DNA of 36,205 bases from Octopus bimaculoides (Eukaryota): the NCBI RefSeq assembly GCF_001194135.2, contig NC_068982.1:181270899-181307103 (forward strand), read 5' to 3'. The notes beneath the pieces are model-generated. The model did not search any database. It was not told the origin of the DNA and saw only the letters and a list, made by a program, of their open reading frames with translations. How positions within the stretch are numbered: position 1 is the first letter of the stretch; the number at the start of each line of letters is the position of its first letter. The translations under genes and the position numbers were made by a program. Below are positions 23,742 to 33,299 of this stretch, piece by piece.

Positions 23742-25109
23742 CACTACAGATTCCTCTGCAAATTTAAGATGTATAGAAATCTCGCTCTACGAGACGCTAT
23801 CATGNNNNNNNNNNNNNNNNNNNNNNNNNNNNNNNNNNNNNNNNNNNNNNNNNNNNNNNNNNNNNNNNNNNNNNNNNNNNNNNNNNNNNNNNNNNNNNNN
23901 NNNNNNNNNNNNNNNNNNNNNNNNNNNNNNNNNNNNNNNNNNNNNNNNNNNNNNNNNNNNNNNNNNNNNNNNNNNNNNNNNNNNNNNNNNNNNNNNNNNN
24001 NNNNNNNNNNNNNNNNNNNNNNNNNNNNNNNNNNNNNNNNNNNNNNNNNNNNNNNNNNNNNNNNNNNNNNNNNNNNNNNNNNNNNNNNNNNNNNNNNNNN
24101 NNNNNNNNNNNNNNNNNNNNNNNNNNNNNNNNNNNNNNNNNNNNNNNNNNNNNNNNNNNNNNNNNNNNNNNNNNNNNNNNNNNNNNNNNNNNNNNNNNNN
24201 NNNNNNNNNNNNNNNNNNNNNNNNNNNNNNNNNNNNNNNNNNNNNNNNNNNNNNNNNNNNNNNNNNNNNNNNNNNNNNNNNNNNNNNNNNNNNNNNNNNN
24301 NNNNNNNNNNNNNNNNNNNNNNNNNNNNNNNNNNNNNNNNNNNNNNNNNNNNNNNNNNNNNNNNNNNNNNNNNNNNNNNNNNNNNNNNNNNNNNNNNNNN
24401 NNNNNNNNNNNNNNNNNNNNNNNNNNNNNNNNNNNNNNNNNNNNNNNNNNATATATATATATATATATAGAATCGTTAGTATACCTCGCAAAATACGGCA
24501 AAGTATTTTCACGGCAGTGCATCAGCATAGCCGCAGCTCTAAGCTGAAACTATAAATGAAAATATATCCATATGTCACGTGTGTAATAAACTCGTTAGTA
24601 TGACTCAATATAAAATATCACACCTCTCAGCTAATGGCAATAATTTCGATGGCTATGCTCACCACGATAGCGAACCATTAATAAAAACGGGATATAAACA
24701 AACCATTAGCTACTTCTCCACGACTCGTAAAATGTAAGGCCAAAGACCATAGAACAGAATCTAGTGGGAGCAAAAATTTAGATACACACAGTAGTATATT
24801 TACGTGCGACTAATATATTTCCGTGCAATTTATGACAGCGGTAACAAGAGTAGTGATTGTCAAAACAGAACTAACCGTACTACGTGTAAGCATAGCAGTG
24901 CTGTTACCCGAGATGGTAATATTAAAACACGCAAATTTGAATATTACATATCTAAAAAGCACATTAGCTTAGGCAATAATGACGTAATCTGCACAATCCT
25001 CCTTGGACAACGAAAACTCTTACGAAATTTCCTAAAAGTTACTTATCTCCTTACAGGGAATATTTTCCCAAAGTACTAAATATACGCTTATCCTTTAGGA
25101 ACAAAGTCC

Positions 25110-25240
25110 GAGGCAACTGGTACTTAATGTATCAACCCCGAAAGGATGAAAGGCAAAGTTGACTTCGGCGGAATTTGAAGTCAGAAAGTAAAGACAGACG
25201 AAAAACGGGGTGCTAACGTTTCTGCGTGCTTGCTGTCTTC
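25110..25240 (-). mobile_element. Family A SINE, partial
   Basis: CAACCCCGAAAGGATGAAAGGCAAAGTTGACTTCGGCGGAATTTGAAGTCAGAA on the plus strand. Confidence 0.65.
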
Positions 25241-25249
25241 AGATTATTA

Positions 25250-25324
25250 AATATTAGCATACGTTGCTAATATTAGCATACGTTGCTAATATTAGCATAC
25301 GTTGCTAATATTAAATATTAGCAT
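25250..25324. repeat. 19-bp tandem repeat AATATTAGCATACGTTGCT x3 plus partial copies
   Basis: Three perfect units: 25250-25268, 25269-25287, 25288-25306. Confidence 0.95.
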
Positions 25325-25457
25325 TCTTATAGATCTCTATAAGTATTTGTTTTTCAACTTACATATTCTAGCTAGTATTATAGCAAGTATTAGTAGGCGT
25401 GATATCGAAATGGCTCGTCACAATATAAATTGTATGATTAACAACAACGTTAATAAT

Positions 25458-25759
25458 AAGAGAAATTGCACCATAAGAACAGTAAAAACCATGCCTAAAA
25501 TGTTTGGTGCGCTGGGTACAGTAAGCGAAGATATAGACAAATAACCGAAGGAGATTTAAATAAAATGCCCGGTAGAGCTTTTACAGAAAGTTTGTCCTTT
25601 AAGGACAGCAAGAATTAACATGTGGGTTTTAAGCACTTGAAACACTGCTGAAAACTTGTGGGTTTCCAAGGTTACGGTAGTAACTCGCTACCCACATAAA
25701 TCCTACCACGGATAGGACCGAACCTGCGCCGAAACCAAAACACCAGCAACAACAACAAC

Positions 25760-25830
<71 letters not shown>

Positions 25831-25837
25831 TAATAAA
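25458..25837 (+). mobile_element. R4/Dong-clade non-LTR retrotransposon 3' end with (CAA)n(TAA)n tail
   Basis: RTVKTMPKMFGALGTVSEDIDK*PKEI*IKCPVELLQKVCPLRTARINMWVLST* matches the restriction-like-endonuclease C-terminus (P.I.GALGTV..LQK..LLGTARI..VL). A ~100-nt 3' UTR and a TAA tail follow. Confidence 0.75.
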
Positions 25838-25842
25838 TACTA

Positions 25843-26045
25843 ACCCTTTCTACTATAGCAACAAGGCCTAAAATTTGGAGTAGAGGGATAGTCTATTACC
25901 TCAGCCTCAGCTGCTATTCTACTGTTATGTATTTTATCCAGCCCGAGGGGATGAAATGTAAAGCCGACCGGGTGAAATTTGATCTCAGAATGTGAAGACG
26001 GACGAAATACAGCTATGTATTTCGTCCGTTGTGCTGACGAATCTG
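25843..26045 (-). mobile_element. Family A SINE, diverged
   Basis: CAAGGCCTAAAATTTGG...CCCGAGGGGATGAAATGTAAAGCCGACC..GAAATTTGATCTCAGAATG..GGACGAAATAC on the plus strand. Confidence 0.65.
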
Positions 26046-26624
26046 TTAAAGAAAGAAAGAAAGAAAAAAAGAAAGAACTAAAGAAAGGAATATAGACAAG
26101 AAGAATTTGAGGGAAATTCCCATATGTTAAATAGTATAAAAGCATTTGTTCTGCTACAAGGTTTGAGTTTTTAGATATATAACAATACATGTATCGGCCT
26201 CTTGCATCCACAGTATTGCTCCTTACTCTCTAGGGTTTCATCTCTGGTTTCATTGGAATATTTACTCAACCAGCTTTTAAGGTAATCCATTTTGAGTCAC
26301 CTTTAACACACGTAGCTGCTCAATCATGTAGACATAACATTCAATATCACTTAATTCTACTGTCTAAATCACGAGTACCTCATACATTATGCATTAGCAG
26401 GTGTTAGCGAAAGGCTACAGTGTTCAAGGCTGGAATTCCTGCAATCATAATTCCAAATATTTAGCTTCCATAGACATTTACAAGATTATTCTAAATAATG
26501 CTCTCACAACGAGACAATGCACCTCTTTTTTAAATTTTATATCTTAGAGAACAACAGACAGAAAGTGTCTCCAGTCTATAGATCTGTGAGTTATGAATTC
26601 TATATTATGATATTGGTCAAGAAA

Positions 26625-26804
26625 TTTGACACAGCCAGCAATTTCGGGGTCGGAGTATGCTCCATTCCGTCAACCCCAGCTCTCAAGAATAACTTATTTT
26701 ATCGTCTCCGAAAGTATGAAAGTCAAAGTCGACCACTGCAGAATTTGAATTTAGAACGCGAAGATCGACGAAATGCCACTAAGCATTTTACCCGCTCGTT
26801 GCCT
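26625..26804 (-). mobile_element. Family A SINE, older copy
   Basis: GCCAGCAATTTCGGGG...GAAAGTCAAAGTCGACC..GAATTTGAATTTAGAACG..CTAAGCATTTTACCCG on the plus strand. Confidence 0.65.
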
Positions 26805-26816
26805 ATGCTATATATT

Positions 26817-27030
26817 CTTTTCTATTCTGGGCACAAGGCCCGAAATTTTGGGGGAGTGGGCCAGTCGATTAGATCGAGCCCAGTACGCAACTGGTACTTA
26901 ATTTATCGACCCCGAAGGGATGAAAGGGAAAGACGACCTCGGCGGAATTTGAACTCAGAACATAACGACGGCCGCAAATACCGCAAAGCATTTCGACCAG
27001 CGTGCTAACGATTCTGCCAACTCGCCGCCT
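26817..27030 (-). mobile_element. Family A SINE, best-preserved full-length copy with 12-bp target-site duplication
   Basis: Head on the minus strand AGGCGGCGAGTTGGCAGAATCGTTAGCACG (A box) ... GAGTTCAAATTCC (B box). Flanked by identical ATGCTATATATT at 26805-26816 and 27031-27042. Confidence 0.85.
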
Positions 27031-28104
27031 ATGCTATATATTATTATATGCCATCCATTCCCAAGATGTATTTCGAATCAATAGTTTACAAAAACAGCAC
27101 AAATAAACGCTAGAAGCAAATTCAACGCGATCACTAGAAAGAATAATAGAGTAAACATCTGTGACATTCGCAATAGAATGATAATTTTCCCTACACAGAA
27201 ATGTGAACGCAGTCATGGAAACACAAATATCCATTTCCGGAAACGTTTACATATACACTCGTAACATTCCGATTTTCTTTTACGTAGTCTACTCATATCA
27301 GTGAAATGTCGTTAACTGACTGTTATTAATTGATTTTGTATAAGACATTATGAATAAATGTTACCTTTTTTCATTTTGAAGTGGGGATTTTCAATATATA
27401 TGTGTGTCTATGTATGTGTAACCTGATTTTAATTTGTATATAGAAATGTCTAAGGTTGATAACCGATTGAACATGTTATATATCAATCAGTTCTCATCTA
27501 TCGTTTTAATCTTATACGTACATAACATTCTGTCAGTTTTAATGAGCTCTACCAGAAAACAAATTCATATACATGCAAATTATCTCTTGTAGCGATATTA
27601 GATTACATAATACTATATGGAAATTCACTTTCATCGTAAATATTTCAAGAATATCCAATAATATTTATTCCCAGTGGAGATTATGAGTCTGGAATGGGTA
27701 ACTTCATTTCCTTAAGTTATTTTAAAACAAATTAAAATGCAGTTCATCAATTATAGCTGTTTAAAGAGTATGGAATCGCCATTATTTCACATGATTAATA
27801 GGCGATATAAACTACTACTATCAGTATACAAACAACCAGTTGCTAATATGTTTGGCACTTGGCAGGTTGCCACATCACTCCGTGATCCGAAGCAATTACG
27901 TTGATTAGATAACAGCTAGTTTCAAGTAGTAGGTTTCCGATAAACATTTCATATTATATGAGTAAAGTGCAATAATTCTATTGACTATAATATTTGTAGT
28001 AGAACCAGTAGAGTGTCAGAGAGAATGAAACACTAAAGACTTATATTATCTGTTTTACCCAGACTATTTTCAATAGATTCTGTAATGTCCCGTAACAATA
28101 TGCG

Positions 28105-28230
28105 AAGCAGAGTGGTTGAATAGCTCACAATAAAACAAAGTACTTTTCAGGTTCAGTCCCACTACACGGCAAATTGGGCATGTGCCTGTAACTATAGTCT
28201 CAGGTCCAACGGAACTGGATGAAAGCCTAT
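28105..28230 (+). mobile_element. Family B SINE, 5' part
   Basis: GGTTCAGTCCCACTACACGGCAAATTGGGCATGTG..ACTATAGTCTC. Confidence 0.55.
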
Positions 28231-28329
28231 CATATATATATATNNNNNNNNNNNNNNNNNNNNNNNNNNNNNNNNNNNNNNNNNNNNNNNNNNNNNNNNN
28301 NNNNNNNNNNNNNNNNNNNNNATATATAC

Positions 28330-28460
28330 ACATATTGTTGTATTTTAGGATCTTTGCCAAATAAACACACTCACTATATATTGTTACTTTACTCGTCTAA
28401 TACTGTTCTTATTTTATTATCTTAACTAATGACCATTGTCCGGAAATCGTTCGTCACGCA
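28330..28460 (+). mobile_element. Probable mariner-type 3' end (left arm of an inverted repeat)
   Basis: Reverse complement of 28612-28750; ends ...CCATTGTCCGGAAATCGTTCGTCA. Confidence 0.45.
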
Positions 28461-28611
28461 TCTCAGACCTCTTCAGTGACACTTTTCTTTTCATGTCTGT
28501 TCTTTCTCCACTTATTCCACTCTGTTCTCCTCAGGTGTGTATCGTTATGTGCGCATGCGTTTGAATACATTTTTGTCTGTATGTGTGTGTGTGTGGATAT
28601 ATGTGTGTGCG

Positions 28612-28760
28612 TGTATGACGAAAGATTTCCGGACAATGGACATGAGTTAAACTAATAAAATAAGAACAGTAATATACGAGTGAAGACAAAAAAATTATAC
28701 AGTGCATGTGTTTATTTGTCAAAAAAACCATCCCGAAATACAAACATATTCCTTTCAACA
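28612..28760 (-). mobile_element. Probable mariner-type 3' end (right arm of an inverted repeat)
   Basis: TIR-like TATGACGAAAGATTTCCGGAC. The minus strand encodes KSCVERN..DGFFDK*, resembling the mariner C-terminus KCVE..GDY.EK*. Confidence 0.45.
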
Positions 28761-28785
28761 CACGATTTCACATCAGGTATATTGC

Positions 28786-28894
28786 AACTCTCACAAAGCT
28801 TTGGTTGGGTCGAGGCTATAGTAGATGACACTTGCCCAAGGTGCCACACAGTGGGACTGAACATGGAGCCAAGTGGTTCGTAAGCAAGCTTCTT
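28786..28894 (-). mobile_element. Family B SINE, 5' part
   Basis: Minus strand: AAGAAGCTTGCTTACGAACCAC..GTTCAGTCCCACTGTGTGGCACCTTGGGCAAGTGTCATCTACTATAGCCTCG. Confidence 0.75.
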
Positions 28895-29575
28895 TATTTC
28901 AACAATTTGGCCATTAAGGCCTTACAAAGAGGGGACGAACAATGACAGACAAACATAAAGTAGCTGCGGGTTGGACGCAGACATTAATGGGATGGAGGTG
29001 ATGACAACACAGATGGAATAATAATGGGAGGGGTACCAGCACCTGCCGACCGATAACCCCCTCAAAAACATTGTTCATTTAAATACAATACAAAGTCAAT
29101 CAAAAAGTTCATTTATCCTAGCCCGGGAAATCAAACAGGACTCCTGCTGCATGCATGAAAACCCATGTTGTCTGACCCGGAATAACGGAGACAAAATTCT
29201 TTATTATTACAATTTTTCTCTATTGCAAGTCTTTCATTATAGCTAATGACCTCCGCACAAACTTGCGGAGGCCAAGATGGGTGGTCGATTATGACTGCGT
29301 CGTATCTATGACGGGTCAATAGACCATCCAAAAAGGGTTCTATGGGCCCTCCCTTAAGATAACAGAGAATGTACTCTGTATCCTCAATATCGTAAGGGCC
29401 CACATTCTGCTCTATCAGCGGCACAATTCCCGCTGACAGAGTTTCTCCGGTGGCACACTTCCTACCGGAGGGGCCTCGGGTTCGGCCGGCGGCACAGTGA
29501 CGTCCGCCGACCGTCTCCCATTTCTTCTATTTTTTGTTCTTTTTTACTTGTTGCGGGTGTTATGCCCACCCCACC
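28895..29575 (-). mobile_element. GC-richer probable LINE-derived segment: ORF1/gag-like C-terminal ORF plus 3' tail
   Basis: Open frame ~29526 to 29131 (KKWETVGGR...IVPLIEQNVGPYDIEDTEYILCYLKGGPIEPF..DHPSWPPQVCAEV). A W.TV-basic motif and a P-rich linker are typical of ORF1. The segment ends ~230 nt later in TTGAAATAAA. Family assignment is inference. Confidence 0.4.
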
Positions 29576-29577
29576 CC

Positions 29578-30510
29578 TGAAAACATCATAATACCTGAAT
29601 TTATCCAGCAAGGTCAACGGACCATTGATTACAATCCCAGAAAGTCCATCAGATCAATTGCAATATATCTCCATGTGTTAGAACCAACAGAAATAAATGT
29701 TGTCCACGAACACATCAGATATAAATCTTATATGATGAGGAAAGGTCGGTTTATCAGAAAAATCAAAAGAAATTCACTACATCAGATCTAAAAGGCTCTT
29801 AAACAAACTTCAAAATCCAGCTGAAGGAGAATTAATTTCGTTTTTTTCAAACGAGAAAACTTCGACCAAGATCATAAAAGTTTACTGAAGGAAGAAAAGA
29901 CAGATTGTTATGTGAAGACTCTCCTGAAATTCAAATAGTCATGCATACAACATTTCCTGCAACATATGATGCCTCCTTACTTCTTTCCACGATACCTTAG
30001 AGTTAACTCTGCCGACTACATTGACTTCCTGGAAATAATTGTTAAGCCCTCGATAGAGAGTGTATGCAATGGGCTTCAGTCAGATTCTGCTGTATCATAC
30101 ATTGTCTTCAGTAACACAGGAATGGATGGCTGAAAATGTTTATGATCATGTAACCTCTAACATCTGGCCTCCTAATTCCCCAAATCTCAATCCAATAGAC
30201 TATTACATGTGGAGGGTTGTTGAAACAGAGGTCAATTAACACGCCCATAACAACAAAGATTCTATGAAAGCTCCAGTAGTCAGAGTAATGTCCAAAATGA
30301 ACCAGGATCCCTTGATTCGAATGTGTAGATGATTTTGATCTCATAGAAGAGCAGTTGCTGCTGCTGAAGGTGGCTTTATTGAATAACATTATAGAAAAGA
30401 AGGTTTATTTCTATCCTCATACCATTTTTTGATACATGAAGTTATTATCTGTTATATGTTTTATTTTTTACAAGAATAAATCTGTCCTCAAATATCTTAC
30501 GCACGCTGTA
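29578..30510 (+). mobile_element. DD37D (maT/Bmmar1-like) transposase pseudogene with right TIR
   Basis: IIIPEFIQQ..KSIRSIA..HEHIRYKSY..KRLLNKLQNPAEG..FFSNEK..FDQD..QSDSAVS..TQEWMAEN..WPPNSPNLNPIDYYMW..AEGGFIE* (stop at 30384-30386). There are 37 residues between D2 and D3 after correcting a 1-nt insertion, and D1 reads N. TIR-like CTGTCCTCAAATATCTTACGCACGCTG followed by TA (30509-30510). Confidence 0.9.
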
Positions 30511-30814
30511 CATATATGTATACACACACAGACACACACACACACACGCACGCACGCGCGCAACCCCCCCCCCCCNNNNNNNNNNCCCCACACACACACA
30601 GAGAAGAATATAACTTTATGTAGCTCTGTCGAAATGAGTTCCTTGTCATAACGGAATAGGAAATTTATTGTCGCTGCTTTAACTCTTCCAAATCTTAGCG
30701 AACACTAGACGTTGGTCCATATCCAATTTTGAGCCTGGTTTCCTTGTTGGTGAGAAATGTATTGCTATTCCTTTCTATCCTTTTAAGGACTTCATGTTGG
30801 ACTTCATTTTATTT

Positions 30815-31080
30815 CCCTTTAACTTTTACTTGTTTCAGTCATTGGACTGCGGTCATGCTAGGGCACAGTCTTGAAGTGTTTAGTCACAGTAATCAACATC
30901 AGTACTTATTCTATCTGTTCTTTATTGCCGAATCCCAAGTGTGGTGGGCTACAACTCACACACAGATACATGCATATACGACATGAACCAAATCAACTCA
31001 AGGTTAAAATCAAATGTGTCAGCCTGTGGGACCAAAACTGGAATTATGTGGTTAGGAAACAAACAACTAATCACACAGCA
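30815..31080 (-). mobile_element. Family B SINE, degenerate full length
   Basis: Minus strand starts GCTGTGTG..CCTAACCACAT..GGTCCCAC and ends CCCTAGCATGACCGCAGTCCAATGACTGAAACAAGTAAAAG, as at 14580-14615. Confidence 0.55.
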
Positions 31081-31799
31081 ATGTCTAATTTATACCGATT
31101 GGTTCACGAGCTATGAGTCAGTTAGTATTCGGTATCGTCAAGTGTGAGTGACAATAGTGTATTACGCCGGAGCTCTAACAGTGGTATACGCTATACAGAA
31201 ATTTGTCAGTAACTGGTGTTATTTGATGGTTTCGATTGCTTTACAGTCTAAAATAGAAACTTGGCGAATTTATGGAAAAAGCGATTAACTTTAAAGCAAT
31301 TAAAGTCAAACGAACGGCTCTGTATGCTATTCCCCCATATAGTTGCTTTGATTTCAACATATGTTCTCAGATCCCAGCAATTTCTAGACAAGTAAAATTC
31401 GATTATTCAATGCCTTACCCATTTCATTATAATTGAATTTGTTCAATATTATTTTATGTTAGGCAGTACGAAAGGTAGTTACTGTTAATCCTTATAGGGC
31501 TTACTATGCAAATGGAAACAAATATATAAATTCAAGCCGCTGACAAATTGCGTTCAGCAAACTGAACGGTCATTCACAAACCAGGTAAATGTGATAAACT
31601 GTGAGACAGTTTTTCATTACCACCGAAGAAGGTCATATCAAGATTTGAATTCAGAACACAAAGATCGAAAGACCTTACACTTCTGCCCACACAGCTTCCT
31701 TGATTTGAACGTTTTAGTCACCATAAAATGACAAGGAGTATTGTTAAAATCGGGCGAATTTGAACATAAAACGTATCGAAGAGCTTCTATCGAATACTG

Positions 31800-33200
31800 T
31801 AGTAACTCTGAAAATGTGACACCAAAAATATTTGTCTCTTTTACGTGTTTCTTTTTTCTATTTCTTATTAGTTTCCAAGTATGTGTAACTCGGCTTCTTT
31901 ATTAAACATCATAAATGAGGGCTTTTGGTAATATTCCTCTCTTCAAATTAGCCCAAAATATTTTATGAACTCGAAATATTAGTTTCTACAGTAAATTCGA
32001 GCTTATCTGTAATATTATTTCTTCTGTTTCCTCAGCTTCTACAGAAGATGGTGCCTTTTTGTAGCATTTGATATAGATATAGAATATTGATTAATGTTGC
32101 TATGACCAGATAGAAAGTGAATGGTAACTATCTTGAAACATTTCTTTTATAGGACGGTGAAGAGTTTTTATAATTGCATCTGCCCTTTATCTACAAAAGG
32201 AATATTATCCTTTGCTATTGAAAAGCTTGATGCACGTTCTTATTATTGTGTTACGTTGTTCGTGACTAAAATTTACAAACAGGGTGTAATAGTAAAACAG
32301 TCGAAAAATTACTTGAAAACAGTCTATATCATGGACATATTCTTCTGTCTCATATATCCGTCTTCAGTTATGGCCTTCTTGATCAGTAATAGAGTTTTAC
32401 TCTATACCCCTTTGCAATCTAGCTTTCCGGGCCTTTTGAAGTGAATTACTTTACTTTCTCCATGGAGAATATATTACCTGCGATATTATTGCATTTATTA
32501 CTGTGTATACCGTAAGCAAGCAGTTACTGGGTCTGTAATTCTGAGGAAGAAGATGGTTGATCACTCGAATATGAGATATGCGTGCATTCGTTCTGTTGCT
32601 GTCAAAAATATTTAAGTATGTTTGAAAGTACATTGATTCCGCTAAAATATTTTCAACGAGACCTTGCTACATTTGTAGTTTGTGATCTACAAGATTATAT
32701 AGATACCGAACTTATTTCACCAATCTTATAGATATCTATCGCTTTGAATGTCCTATCTCCATCTCCAAATTTATTTACTTACTCTTAAATCACTGATTTC
32801 TGTTTTGATTTTTCGGTTAGAATCGAAATCATTGTTTTGTTCAAACAATCGTTGTCCATTGCCAGAATCTATATTTCGGTAATATTTCATAACAAGTATT
32901 TCTGATGTTATATTTCTCTAATATTTATCTCTTTGATTCCACTTGATTTTGCCCTCTAGATTTCATTAACGATTGAGAGTATATTTTATTTCATATCTTT
33001 TCCTGTGATTTGTTTTCCACACTTTTCGCATTGGTTTAGATATTTTAATATTAGATTACACACTTTCCTTTGTTACTGCACTTTCTATTATATAGATTGT
33101 TTTGTTTAACCTGGCAATATCAATGTTTCCCATAGTTTTCTAAATGTCTAGAATGGTTGCATTTGTTGTTCTTTATGGTTTTGGAAAGATGCTTCTTCTT
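31800..33200 (-). mobile_element. R4/Dong-clade reverse transcriptase relic
   Basis: LPQNYRPSNCLLTVYTVINAIISQ (~32480-32550), KNMSMI*TVFK*FFD (~32300-32343), IKEMFQDS..PFTFYL (~32100-32150), ITDKLEF and SYTYLE (~31873-31890). These match NYRPITCL, NLSMAWIDYKKAFD, IFQGDSLSP, YMDDLK and YKYLG in order. Confidence 0.7.
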
Positions 33201-33299
33201 TACTCCAAAGGATGAATTTGATAGAGAAATTAGTTTCACTAATATATTTTCTCTTTATCCAGAATATTTATTACCATAATGGTTAATTGTTAAATTATT

